NCBI GenBank assembly: GCA_033442325.1
Contig: JAWQFM010000016.1
Span: forward strand, 1,097,679-1,161,678
From: Salpingoeca rosetta
Taxonomy: Eukaryota > Protista > Choanoflagellata
Length of the DNA stretch: 64,000 bases
Direction: 5' to 3'
The translations under genes were made by a program, and so were the position numbers. The stretch's first letter is position 1. Each line of letters starts with the position of its first letter. This document shows, one piece after another, positions 1 to 18,728 of this stretch. Under the pieces are notes generated by a model, which was given only the letters and a program-made list of their open reading frames with translations, did no database searches and was not told the origin of the DNA.

Positions 1-3292
<3,292 letters not shown>

Positions 3293-3577
3293 TGCTGAGA
3301 GCCTGTGTGTGTGTGCGTGTTTGTGCGTGCGTGTGTGTGTGTGCTGGTTGCGTGCGTGGGTGCGTGTGTATGTGCTGGTTGGTTCTTCGCCACGCAGACT
3401 ATTGCCGTGATGTCAGACAACACGAATAAACGTGATGAACGGAAACTTCATTTTGTATAGTTGCTACAGCATGAGAGGGATGCCTCTCTTGAAAGTCATC
3501 GTGTGAGGGATGTTGCAATGGTAACAACAACGCGATCAACGGTAACAACACCACCGAGGAAAACACAATCAGCACAG

Positions 3578-3665
<88 letters not shown>

Positions 3666-3667
3666 TC

Positions 3668-5136
3668 TCAGATGGTGCTGATGCGGGTTGCCCTGCTGGG
3701 CGTGCTGGGTGCAGACGGGGTGTTCTTCAGCTCCTCAAACCACTGCAGGGCGTTGTTGAGGATGTGCACACCGGTGTCGCGGCCGGTGAGAATCGACTCT
3801 GGGTGGAACTGAACGGCAGCCAGCGGCAGCGACTTGTGCTCGACTGCCATCACAACACCATCGTCGCTGATGGCGGTGACGGTGAGCGGGGAGGGCACGT
3901 TTTCGAGTCGCGCGTACAGCGAGTGGTACCGCGCAACAACAAAGCTGGATGGCAGGCCGTCAAAGACGCGGCTGGAGGGAACAACGACGCTGACGCTCGA
4001 CGGTTTGCCGTGCAGTGGTTCCGGCAGAACATCTAGCGCACCGCCAAAGTGCTCCACCATCGCCTGCAGGCCAAGGCACACGCCGAAGATGGGGATGTTG
4101 CGGCACAGCAGCTGCGTGATGGTGGCGGACGTGTTGAAGTCGCTTGGGCAGCCAGGCCCAGGGCTCATCAGCACAGCGTCCGGTCGCTCCGAGTCGAGCA
4201 GGGCGACATCAAACCCGGCACGGAACGTCACCACATCTGCACCCGTCTGTCGCAGGTAGTTGCTGAGCGTGTGCACGAACGAGTCCTCGTGGTCAACCAC
4301 CACCACCTTCAACCCGCGGCCGCTCGTGAACGGGTCTGGCGTGCGCCGGCCCAATGCCAGTGCACCATGACCAGCATCATCATCATCGTCATATTCATCA
4401 TCGTCGCCCTCATCATCGGAGAACATCACATCCTGCGGCTGGGCAACAGCATCATCATCATCACCATCACCATCATCATCATCACCATCACGGTCACGAC
4501 CGTCATTGCCGTTGTCATGCACGGCCTTGCTCTTGGTCCTCTTGCGTGCGGCGCTGGACGACTGCGCGTGTGTGTGCAGGAGCGCATCAAGAAACGCGGA
4601 TGCTTTAAGGCGCGTCTCTGCCTCCTCTGCATCGGGATCAGAGTCCCACAGCAGGGTTGCCCCCGCGCGAACACACGCGTTGCCGTCCTCAATGTGGATG
4701 GTGCGGAGCGTGAGTCCCGTGTTCATGTCCCCGTTGAAGTAGATCATGCCCACAGCGCCCGCATACCAGCGCCGCGCGCTCGCCTCTGTGTCCTCCACAA
4801 ACTGCATTGCCCACGGCTTTGGAGCGCCCGTGACCGTCACCGCCCACGTGTGGCAGAGGAACGCGTCCAGGGCATCGTAGCCGGGCCGCAGCACACCCTC
4901 CACGTGGTCGACGGTGTGGATGAGCTTGGAGTAACGCTCGATTTGCCGGCGGGCGAGCAGGCGAACAGAGCCCGCCTCGCAGATGCGCGACTTGTCGTTC
5001 CTGTCGGGTTTGAGTTTGGGGGTAGGGGGGGGGGGGAGGTGTGTTAAAATGTGTGAAAAGACACGGGTGTGTGTGCGTGTGAGTGTGTGTAAGTATGAGA
5101 GTGAGTGAGGATGTGAGTGTGTGCGTGTGAGTGTGA

Positions 5137-5175
<39 letters not shown>

Positions 5176-8146
5176 CGTGCGCGCGCGCGCAAGTGCATGA
5201 AAACGTTGGGTAAATAATGCATAAATCCGCAACGTGAGTGCATATACACAGAGAGTGATGTTCAAAACGTGATCAAGTAACATCCACAACGTACCGGTCG
5301 ACATCTGTGCACATTGTCAGCTCTGCCTCCTCTTTTGGGCTGGACAGGAGCGTCACGATGTTTCGCGAGTCCTCCATGGCGTCCTTCCCGCGTCGTATCG
5401 TTCCAGAAATAGGACATGTTTCAATACGCGTGCGCGACGTTGACGTTGGTCGCTTCGTGGTGGTTACTGTTGCTGTTGCTGTTGCTGTTACTGTTGTGGC
5501 GTCGTCTATGCCTGCGTCTCGTGCCCTTGCTGCTGCTGCTGCTGTTGTTGTCGGCGGTGGCGACGTGGGGATGGTCTGTGCGCGCACGTACATCTCTGGT
5601 GATGCGCCCACGAGGTACTCCTTGGAGCCCAGGCTGACGATGAAGGCATATGGGGCCGGGTTGCGGCGGCGCAGGCGGTGGAACAGGCGCGATGGACGGG
5701 ACGGGCACGGCGCGTGGAAGCTCTGGCTCAGGACGGCCTCAAACAAATCACCAACCTTGAACTTTTCCTTGGCCAAGCGAACCTTCGCCGCGTACTCGCC
5801 TGGTTTGTGATCGCAGACGATGGCTGCATCCGCATCACTGGTGTCATTGCTGGTGTTGGTGGCGGTTGTTTGAGGGGTTGGAGGGCTGGCTCGCTTGCTG
5901 CTGGTGTTGCTGTTGCTGCTGTTGCTGCCGCGGGAGTGGATGCGTGGGTGCTGGTGGCGGTGTGTGCTGGCCGTGTACGCAAAGCGGGGCCCGTAGCGGT
6001 CCAGCCCAACAGTGGATTGGCCGTTGAATTCAAAGTCGTACGAGTACACGTGGCCGCGCTTCGTGGTGACGTCATAGCGCAAAACGCGATCTGGCAGGAA
6101 AAGGACCATGTCGCGCTGGTTGGGTGGGCGCTCCAGCCGAAGCTCCGTGTCTTCAAACTGAAACGCAAGGTCGTACCCAAAGGCGCCGTAGAGGCCGAGC
6201 GTGTTGTCCTCGTCGGAGTGGAAGAGGGACAGGATGCTGCGCATGACGCTGAACGCGGACGGCTGGCGCGAGCGCTGCTCCTCGGGGAAGCGGCGGCCTG
6301 GCTTGTGCACGGTGCCCGTGATGACGTCGGTGGTCGCCTCCACTGACGCAATCGCCATGCGCTCCTTGCGCAGGCATGACGCAATCGGCGGCAGGAGGAC
6401 CTCGCCGCGCTTGTTGAGGGCGGTGATGGTGAAGGTGCGGCCACGCGTGACCAGCATGATGGGCGGGTCCGAGAAGCCCGTCACCCACTTGGTGTAGCGG
6501 CCTGGCTGCTCGTAGTCCGAGCACATGAGCAGACCAAGGTGCGTGTCGAGCACGGACGAGAGCGCGCGCACGTGTGTCTCCACATCGTTCACGCGCGTGC
6601 ACGACCGGTGGACGCGGATGCCGTGCTGTGTTGTGTACGTGTGGTCGCGGTCCGTGCGCACGCGTTGCTGTTGCTGACTGGTACCAGGGCCCTGATCACC
6701 GGCAGCGTCAGCTCCATTCTCATCGCCATCACTCTCATCCCCAGCAGGATCATGGGCAGCAATGGTGCTCGTTGTTTCATCGAATGTGTCATCGTCGTCG
6801 TCGTCGTCGTCGTCGTCATGTGTAGTCGTGGACGTTTGCGATACGTCAGCGCTTGTTGTGCGCGTGTTATCTGGCCCCACACCTCTGCTCGTGTCGCATG
6901 CGCCCTGTTTGCCTTGATCTCCATCTCCGCCCTGCTGCACCTGCTGCTGTTGCTGTTTGAGTTCGCGCGTGATACCCACGTATGTGTCTGTGAGCACGCG
7001 CGCACCACCGGACGCGAGCACGGCGCGCACGTGGTCTGCAGCGCTGCGAAGGGACGCGGCACCGTCTGCAGCATACACGCCCGCAGCGGCGTTGATGATG
7101 ATGAAGCGGGCAATCGGGGAGGTGGTGTCGCCGTCAAGCACGCGACGGAAGGCAGCAACGCGCTCCTCAAGCGAGCCACCACAGACGGCATCCAGGCTGC
7201 ATGGCTCGCAGCCAAAGTGCTCGCCCGGCTCCACGGTGTAGTGGGCGATGGTGTCGCGGTCTGCGCGCACCTCCCAAACGAGGGAGGGCATGCTGGGGCT
7301 GAACTCGTCCAGCCCGTCGGCGGAGTGCACAACGAGGCCGTGCTTTGTGCCGTGACGCTGCAGGATGCGGGCGAAGATGGGGCCCAGGGTGACGTCGCTC
7401 ACGCCAATGACCTTGTGCGTTGCGCCGGCCGGGTTGGAGAGCGGGCCGAGGAGGTTGAAGATGGTGCGGATGCCAATCTGCTTGCGGACCGCGGCAACGT
7501 GCTTCATGGCCGGGTGGAAGCGCTGGGCGAAGAGGAAGCCGTACCCGCAGCGCTCAATGCACTGCTCCACCTGTTTGCCAGAGAGCTGGATGTTTGCGCC
7601 GAGGGCTTCGAGAAAGTCTGCCGAGCCGACCTTGCCCGAGGAGGAGCGGTTGCCGTGCTTGGCGACGGTGAGCCCGCACGCGGCCATGACAAGCCCGGCG
7701 GCTGTGGAGACGTTGAAGGCGTCGCAGCCGTCGCCGCCCGTGCCGACGATGTCGACGAGCGCAGGGGTCATGGATGTGGCCGGCACGTTTGGGCGGCAGG
7801 GGACGGCAAAGTCGAGGAGCGATGCCGCGCAGGCGGCCAGCATGGACACACTCGGGGGACTGCGCCGGGACATTCTCAGGGCGACGAGGAAGCCCGCAAC
7901 GGTGGCGTTCGGCAGGGATCCGGACATGATTTCCTGCATACAAGCGGCCATCTCGGCCTCCGTGAGCACGTCTGGCTCCATATCATCGTCGTCAAAGTTG
8001 TCATTGTTGTTGTTGTTGCCTGGTGTTGTGCCCATGGCACTGCCGCTGGTGCTTGCGTTTGAAGCCGGCACATCCGATGCGCTTCCCAACATCTGCGTCT
8101 CCCAGGCCTGCACCAGCTTGGCGGTGCACTGCTTGGTGATGGTCAT
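3668..8146 (-). CDS. trpD-trpE-trpG: Fused anthranilate phosphoribosyltransferase (TrpD) + anthranilate synthase component I (TrpE) + glutamine amidotransferase (TrpG); exons 8146-5295 and 5000-3668
   Basis: TrpD motifs DIVGTGGDG, FNVST, AKHGNRSSS, RTIFNLLGPL, DGLDE. Splicing the GT-AG intron 5294-5001 restores TrpE [22 protein letters not shown]...[13 protein letters not shown], followed by VTVTGAPK and RRWYAGAVG. TrpG motifs DHEDSFVHTL, SPGPG, FGVCLGLQ, RYHSL, QFHPES. Confidence 0.93.
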
Positions 8147-8838
8147 GATTCTGGGTGATGCTGGAAGGTGTTGTGAAAAATCAGCAGCAGTGGCAGTGGC
8201 GGTGGATGAATGAATGGAGATTCAGTCAGTGGACAGCAGAGAAAGCACGTGTGTCTTTCGACTTTGTGGAGTGTGGAGTGTGGAGAGGATGCTGTTGTGA
8301 TTTGATGTCTGTGGTGGTTGGTTGGTGTTGTTGGATGATGCGGTGTGATGTTGTGGGAGTTGTAACACAGTGTGCGGAAGCTGGGGTGGATCAGGTGGCT
8401 TTGATCGCTTGGTGGAGCAGCCAAAACAACAGAGACAATAATATGAACAATTCAATCGAGCCATTGTAATTTCATGCACATTTATGTGTGTGAGGAGTGA
8501 ACAACGGTGCCTCGATGATGAGCGCGCAAAGCATGCACGCTTTGCGAGCCGGAAATGCCAACGAAAGGAACAGCAGCAGCGAGTTGCATTGTGTTGCTTG
8601 CACTGGCTGGCTGGCATGCGTGACATGCCTCCGCGGCAGCAGGGTGGTGTCCAAGGGCATGAAGGAACGCAAGCAGAGAGTGTGCGTGCGAGGGCGAGGT
8701 GGTGTGAGAGGGCGAGGTGGTGTGTGTGTGTGTGTGTGTGAGAAGGAGGGAGTGAACTAACAAGACAGCCACAGTAACAGCGGAAGGCTTACTTTCCTCT
8801 CTTCGGCACTCCAGCCAACAACAAGCGACTGCCGCTCC

Positions 8839-8905
<67 letters not shown>

Positions 8906-8913
8906 CGAGAGCG

Positions 8914-10344
8914 ATGGTGTTGTTGAGAAGGGTGAACATGGCAGCGATGCTGCTGGTGGTGATGGTTGCGGTGGCTGCGTTTGCAGGAGAGGCTGCAGCG
9001 CAGTGTACAGCACACGACGAGTGTGCCGAGGACGAATACTGTGATGCGCTTGGCGGCTGCTTCCCGTGCACGACGTGCGTCGTGTACCACGACTCCATCA
9101 CAGGCGCGTGCCCCGTATGCAGCGGCGGCCCAGCCGCTGGCATCTCCTGCACCACACACGAGCAGTGCTTTACTGGCCGCCAATACTGCGATAGCACGGG
9201 CGGCTGCTTCGCGTGCCAGGGTTGCCTGATCTTGGATGATGGCGTGGACAACACCTGCCCCGACTGGTGTACCCCAGACTCGACAACCACGTCCACAACC
9301 AACCCACGTGTCATCCTCGGCTCCTCCACGGGCCCAGCGTACTCCGGATCTGGCAGCGTGAGTATGTTGTCTCTCTGTGTGTGTGTGTCTGTGTCTGTGT
9401 GTTGTGTTGTGTGTGTTGTGTTGTGTGTGTTGTCTGTGTGTGTGTGTGTTGTGTGTGTTGTGTGTGCTGTGTGCGTGTGTGTGTGTGTGTGTGCGTGCGT
9501 GTGTGTTTGTGCACGTGTGTGTGTGCGTGTGTATAACTTAATCGTTCGTGCCTTGAGTTTTCCTGCTCACACGGACGATCATTTGTGCTGCTGTGTTCAC
9601 ACCCAAACACATCTCATGTCACTTCGCTCACGTGTTGTACTATAACCCCCACAATGCTTGCACACATTTGCAGAGCTCGCATGGAACGGAGATTGCCGTT
9701 GGTGTGGTCGGCTGTGTCGTTGTGGTTGTGGCTGTGGTGGTTGCTGGGTGGTACGTGCGCCGCATGAAGCGCAGCGAAGAGAAGAACTTTGTGGACATGA
9801 CGCGTGCGCTGGCTGCCAAGGAGCAGGCGCGTGGGTCCATCCTCGCCCTCTCTGTCCGCCGCGATCAGCAACGGCAGTCGCAGCTCAGCATTCTCGCTCA
9901 GCAGCAGCAATCACAAAACCAACGCCGACACTCACAGGTACGCGCCTGGTCATGCTCTTGGCTGATTGTTTGATTGATTCATTGTTGGGTTGCCTGTTCT
10001 TGCCTGCTCTTGCTTGCGTTGCCTGCTTACGGTTTTGTTCTCTTACTGTACTTGTTCAGTTGTTTACTTGTGTCCTTGATGCCATCTCCAACGTCTCTCG
10101 TCTTCCACCCTCTGGCTCTCTCCGCACCGCCAACCCATGCCCTTCCCTCACTCCCTTCTTCGTCCTCTTCAACCCCAAATGCAACGCACAGGGCATGGAG
10201 CTGGATGAGCACGGCGAGTACATTGACGTGGAAGGCCTCCACCGCAGCCACACCGCTCGTGCGCCCGCACCCATGGACCAGCAGCTGTACGACGACGAGT
10301 TTCTGGAGTTGGCGCGCGAAATTGGCGTGGCCACAGACGCGTGA
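8914..10344 (+). CDS. Small type-I membrane protein with two Cys-rich repeats and a Tyr-motif cytoplasmic tail; exons 8914-9357, 9674-9937, 10192-10344
   Basis: Signal peptide, two ~40-aa 8-Cys repeats, S/T stalk, [24 protein letters not shown] followed by RRMKR, tail motifs EYIDV and LYDDEF. Both introns are phase 0 GT-AG. Confidence 0.75.
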
Positions 10345-11037
10345 AGAAGAAGTGGGGGAAGCGAGGGGAGAGAAGGGGAGAGAAAGAGAAGGTGGTTCGT
10401 GTGGTCGTGATTGTGTGTGTGTACGTTTGTGTATGTGTGCGTGTTTGGAGGATGAAGGAAGAGGAGAAGGGAATTGTATGAGGAGGAGGGAAAGGGCACA
10501 GAACGGAAGGAGGGTGGTCGAAGTGGAGAAGAGAGATGGAGGTGTTGGAAGGAGAAAAGAGATACGTGCATGCGTTGATTCATGTGTCGCTCCGGCACTC
10601 CATCAAACACACACACACACTCTCTCTCGTCCTTGAACGGATGCACACGTGGTCGCGTTGTTATCTGTTCCCTTGTGCGTGTGTGCGAGCGTGCGCTACT
10701 CCCTGTTCTTTGCCCTCAAGGTCTTATTGTGAGCAATCTGTGTGGTATTGCCGTCGTTTCGGGTTCGCACACATGTAAATATGATGAAGATGATGACAGC
10801 ATCATGTGTCAAGGAAGGAAGCATGGAAACAGGCGGGGAAGAGGCAAGCAAAGAAGCAAGGAAGCAAGTACTCGTAGCGTTCACGGACAAGCATTGGCCG
10901 AGTTGTAAAGAAAGCGAGGGAAGAGAAACACCCAACAAAATAAGTCAGCACGAGCCGATGCCGCAGAAATCACACATTGACACACACACGCACACACGCA
11001 CACACGCATACACACACACACACACACGCACACAACG

Positions 11038-13060
<2,023 letters not shown>

Positions 13061-13278
13061 AAACGCGCCACCGTGTCGTCTGCGAGGGCGGGCACTGGCG
13101 TGCTGGAAGAGCTTCAGGAAGGGGCGCAGCCGCGGCTGTTGTTGTTGCAGTTGCAGTCCGCGTCATGTTGCGCGGTGTTTGCGGAAAAGTGGTCGAAGAT
13201 GTCCATAAATTGTCGTGGACGCGCAGAATCCCAGGCAAGAACACCATCCATTTCGCTGACACACCACCATCATTCACC

Positions 13279-13328
13279 ATGGCGGAGCGCGTGGTTCCCA
13301 GCAGTCCCTGGGCACACATGGCCCAAGG

Positions 13329-13369
<41 letters not shown>

Positions 13370-13451
13370 TGTGTGTGTGTGTGTGCGTGATGATGATGAT
13401 GATGATGATGATGCTGCTGCTTTTGTTGCTGCTGCTGCTTTTGTTGCTGCT

Positions 13452-13509
<58 letters not shown>

Positions 13510-15025
13510 CTGATGATGTGCTTTGTGCATGTGACCACAACGCATATTCGTTCACCTTTCCCTGTTTGTTGTGGATGCTGCAGATCCATCTCGTGTGCAT
13601 GAGGTCGGTGGTATGGTGGCCAACGCACGGACTCTCATCCATTCCGAGAGGTGCGTGTGTTCGTGTGCGTGCGTGTGTGTGTCTTTGCGTGTCCCTGTCA
13701 CTCACTCACTCACACACACACTCTGTGAATGGCGAGCATTTGAGAGCGTGCCTTTGAGAGGCAACGGTTCGTAAACCTTGCCATTTGTTGTGCACGCACG
13801 TGAAGGATGCGCGCATGCTCACACATCAACACAACCATGTATACACCTCCAACCAACAGGCCGATAGCAGCACTGGAACTGCTGACGGATGCATTGCGCA
13901 TCATGGGTGGGGAGAAGCTCATCTTCGAAACACTTGCGGTGCGTTTTGAGCAGTGGGGCTAACTTGTGTATGTCTGTGTTTGCGCGCGTGTGTGTGTCTG
14001 TCCGTGTGTGCCTGCCCGTGTGTGCCTGCTTGCCTGTCTGTGTGTCTCTCTTCCTGTTTGCGTGTCTCTGTCAATATGACCTTCCATCGAACACTCTGTC
14101 TACCAGCCCCTCTATGTGTCTGTCTATGACTTGCGCAACCCTCAATTCTCTCATCTCCCCCGCCACCCATCCTATGTCTTCGTAGGAGGCACGACACAAC
14201 TACTGGCAGGGCCGTGCGCCCGCAGATGACTCCCTCGCAGGTATTTTTTTTTGTATGTATGCATGTGTACGTGTGTGTATGTGTATGACAGACACGAACA
14301 GGGCAGTGAGAAAGGTTGAGAGCGAAAAACTCGGTTCATGTGGTGCACCCTCACACGGTTTCATGGATGACACATTGCAGGGCTCTTGCAAGCTTGCTCC
14401 CTTGGCGGTATCCAGGCGCCAGTCCAGGCGCCAGTCCAATTACAGCACCACCATTGCTCCCACCAACGACAAAGGCAGCAAGGGCCTCCCTCGCCGCCCC
14501 CTGTTGCGTTGGAGCAAGCAACCGTCGATGACAGCATGCTTGCGAGCCAGGGCCGGGAGAGCGTCCTCGTATCTGCTGCGCACCACGCCTCCAGCCATGT
14601 ACGTTGAGAGGTGCTTTGGTTTGCTTGTGAGCGTGTGTGTGTGTGTACGAGCGTGATCGTGTGTGTGTGTACGAGCGTGATCGTGTGTGTACGTGTGTGT
14701 GTTTGATTGTGGTTGTGATTGTACTCGTTCTCTCTCTATCATATTCGTTCTGTCGTCCCCACCACCACCACCACCACCTTCTGCTCCCCTCACCTCCCTC
14801 CACCCCCACCACCCTTCTATTCACATGCAGGTGTGTGAGCATTGTGGAAGTGTGCTGAGTGCGTCGCGGATTGAGCAGCACGTCAAGTACTGGTGCCCTG
14901 TCCTGCACACCAACGATAGCGACAGCGGTGGCGATGCTGCTGAAGGCGTCAACGGCAACGACCCCATGGCGATGGAGCCAGACACCACCACCGACCATCA
15001 CCATCACCACCACCACCACCACTAG
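13279..15025 (+). CDS. Six-exon small protein with C-terminal C2HC zinc finger; exons 13279-13330, 13584-13650, 13860-13938, 14186-14240, 14381-14598, 14831-15025
   Basis: All five introns are GT-AG with matching phases. The product reads MAERVVPSSPWAHMAQGDPSRVHEVGGMVANARTLIHSERPIAALELLTDALRIMGGEKLIFETLAEARHNYWQG...SMLASQGRESVLVSAAHHASSHVCEHCGSVLSASRIEQHVKYWC...HHHHHHHHH*. Confidence 0.75.
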
Positions 15026-15158
15026 GCTCTTTCATCTCTGTCTTATGTTTTCATATTATGTTATCATGTTGTTCTGTTCCTCTCCTCTCCCTTTCTTTTG
15101 TTACTACTACAAGTTAGAACCTCATAGACAATCACAACAGGCTTTCCCTTCTTCCTTC

Positions 15159-15261
<103 letters not shown>

Positions 15262-17703
15262 CAGGGCGCCAAATCCGACCGTGTGAGGCGACAGCATAAA
15301 AGAATGAACCATTTGCTGGCTGGCTGTGCCGTGACGACATGAGCAAGCAAGTGAATTTTCGTCGAAACCTTCACACAGCCTGCCGTTGGCTGTCCTTCCA
15401 TGCTTCAGCCAAGCAAGCAAGCCAATTAAAGCCAAGCGCCACGACCAATCCGCAATCCGCCCCTCCTTCAACCTTCTGCACCAACCTTCGCTCGTGGCCG
15501 TCGACAACCACAACCACAACCACACGCGCGCATCGACACGGCGATCCAACGGACAGACCAAAGAGCGCGCGCACACACAAGGGTGAGTAAGTTCCAGCAA
15601 GTCAGTGGGACAGACACCACCACCAAGCGTTCATTCTTGTGCCTACTTGCGCGAAATTGGCCCATCCCACCGCACGCGCTCGTGCGCGTGCACACACGCA
15701 CACACACACACACACACAACACAATGCAGCAACCAAAATAGCAGTGGCGTGCATGGGTCAAATGTCACATGTCACATCACAATCACACCGCGTTTGTGGC
15801 AATCGTTGCTCACGACCCGGTTGCGCGTTTCGCATCAGCACAAGCAAGCAAGCGAACCCAATCCCACATGCAGCGTCGTCACCATCTTCAACCCACCCGC
15901 GTTTGCAAACAAACAAACAAACGCACAAACATACGCCAACATTCTTTCATGCGTGTGTGCCGTCAGGGTGTTCTCACCACAGCTTTTTCCTCCCACACAC
16001 AACCACGATAGCAGCAGTTGCCTGGACATTGCCATACGCGTTTGCTGGTTGTGACAGCTGTCAAGGACACCTCCCGGCCGGCCAAACGAAAAGGCAGACG
16101 GGCAAGCCAAACGCTCTTCCACACAAACAACCAGACGCACAACTGCCCGGAGCCCTTCGCTTCTTCCATTCATTTTTCACTTTTTTTCCCCATCAACGAC
16201 TGCGGCCACAGCAACCACAAAGAAAGGCACAAAGACCGGTGAGTGCTCTGCTGTCGCACGCGTGTGTTTGAGTGTTTGTGCGCGTATGTGATTGTATGTG
16301 TGTGTTTGTGTTTTGTGTACCTCTGTCCGCCTGTTGCGGCAGTGGTGCGAACATGGCATCAAACATGGCCAATGGCGGCCCAGTTGTTTCATTTGTGCTT
16401 GATGGTGGGAGTTTGTTGGTGAGCGGTGCGCGCACATGCAAACTTTCGTGCATCCCGGCAAGTGGTGGTGTGCCCTCTGTGCTGGTTCTCGCACCCTCGT
16501 TCTGTGTGCGGTTCGTGCCATGGTTGGTTTTTTTCCATGTGCGCGCGCACGCGCACGCAGTTTGAAGCGTGCATGACCGCCACATTGCTGGTGTCATTGT
16601 CCCCCTCGTGTTGTGTGTGTTCCACGTTTTTTTTTGTGTGTGTTGCCACCGTGACCGCGAGCAACTCTGGCTCCATGCCTGCATTTCCCCTCTTATTCGC
16701 TTCCCTGCTGTCTGTCCGTTGGCCCCAATGTTTGGAACGCCGTGGCACGCACCACTTTCCCGCTGCTTGCCGCTGTCCTCCCGTGACACTCACTCGTTGT
16801 TTGATCGTGTGTGTATGTGTTTGTGTGTGTCTCTCTCTCCCTCCCTCCCTGTCTCCAACACTCACATGCACACACCAACTGTCCTTCCACCCGCGTCCAT
16901 AACTCTGTGTGTGTGATTTCCAAAACACTCCCAATACCAACAACAGCACCTGAAACCAAACACTTGTGCGCGTTCCTTCCATCCCGCGTCCTGCACGCCC
17001 TTGTTGCTTTCTTGGTCTTGGCGCTGTTTAGCACACCTGACCGACCGGGTTGGTTGCTTGCTCTGCTGTTTGGTATGACGACCGTTGTGTTTGCACGCAC
17101 CCCCACCACCACCACCGTGAATTGCGCTGCTTGTTTTTGCGCGTGCTTTCCTCTTGCGCCGCACTGTCTTCCCATCTATTCATTCACTCATGCATGTCGA
17201 CCCATGCCGTGTGCCTTTTCTTGTCGCTGCTCACACACAAACGCATCTCACACCACGTTTTCCCGCACCCACCGTGTTGTGCTTGTCCACTTTACTTCTG
17301 ACCCCAATAACCGTCACACCTCATCTTCCCTCCACCCCCAGACAGCCCCCCTGTCCAGGAAAACACACACATACACACACATACACACACACACACATAC
17401 AACAAGCACCACCTGATACTTGGTCAAGGACTTCCCTCAGCACCCTCCTGTTTTGACGGATCGCTACCAACCCAAGCAAGACACACACCTACCTGCACAA
17501 GGAACCAAATAAGGAACACCCGCCACAACTGCCGACAAGCAACCGCCACACAGCAGCGGCACACGCCCACCTTCCATCTCCAACCAAACGTTCCCGATCG
17601 ACGGCAACAACCGCGCCCCTCCCCCATTACATCTCACGCGCGTTGTGTCCACGTCTCCGTCCAAAGTTGCCGACGACCCCAACATCCACATATCCATCCA
17701 CCA

Positions 17704-18687
17704 ATGATGGCGACCTTGTTACCGAATGCGGCTGCCAGCCGGCACCACCAGCGCGGCGCTCACGGCCGCGGCACAGCGTCGCGGATAACCTCTGTTGCCA
17801 TTGCTGCCGCTGTGGCTGTGCTTGCGCTCTGCACCCTGCTGGCGCCCGCCCCTGTTGCAGGCAGGCCCCTTACAGTCAACACCAACGTCGCAGCCGCCAT
17901 CAGCGACAACTTCAACACCGTGCATGTGCATGCGCCCACTGATGACCACGCCGCCAGCAGCCGCGATGGCATTGCCCGGCGCAGCGCAGACGACGACGAC
18001 GATGGCGCGTTCATGTTCGCCGGTGCCACGCAAGGCGACGACGACGATGATGGCGCCGCCTCGTGGTATCGCAGCGACTACTTCCAGGTGCTCTTCCCCG
18101 TCCCCAACCCGAGCGAGCTTGTTGAGACAAACACGCAGAAGACGAACATCGTCTCCGAGATTATCCACTACGCCAACACCTTCAACACAAGCGTGCACTA
18201 CTGGGCGCTGAGCGACTACTTTGTGAGCACCTTCAAGGACGGCGGCACGGAGGGCATCCTGTGCTACCTCATCTTTAACACCACCTCGGATCTCCTCGCC
18301 CTTGTCGACGTGGCCGAGATGCACGGCATTGTCGTCCACTTCCGCGGCGTCCCCGTAAACGGCCAGCCCATCCCCGAAGGCATGCAGAACCGGGACTGCG
18401 AGGTGCGTGGCGACTGTGGCTCCGGCTCTTCGCCCGTCGTCATCATCGTGGGTGCCGTTGTCGGCTGCATCGCCCTCGTTGCGCTGGTGGTTGTTGGCGG
18501 CTTCTTCTTCCCCTCGCGCGACGCGGGCAAGGAGGTGGTTCAACGCGATGATGATGATGATGACGACACACAGCAACCCGCTCTGCAACTGCAGCAGTTC
18601 CAGCAACAGACGCCAAAGGACGTTGGCATAACCGCCATTCACCAGTTTGTGCTCCAGGTGCGTTATTATGTGAGTGTGAATGCGTGC

Positions 18688-18728
<41 letters not shown>

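Noticed and set aside
3512-3525. X-box-like palindrome GTTGCAATGGTAAC
   Set aside because: It lies between two convergent 3' ends, not in a promoter, so it is probably chance.
18500-18520. FFFP after the TM as a Notch RAM (WFP) motif; calling the gene a true Notch
   Set aside because: It lacks the Trp and abuts the membrane, and there are no EGF or LNR repeats, so orthology is unsupported.
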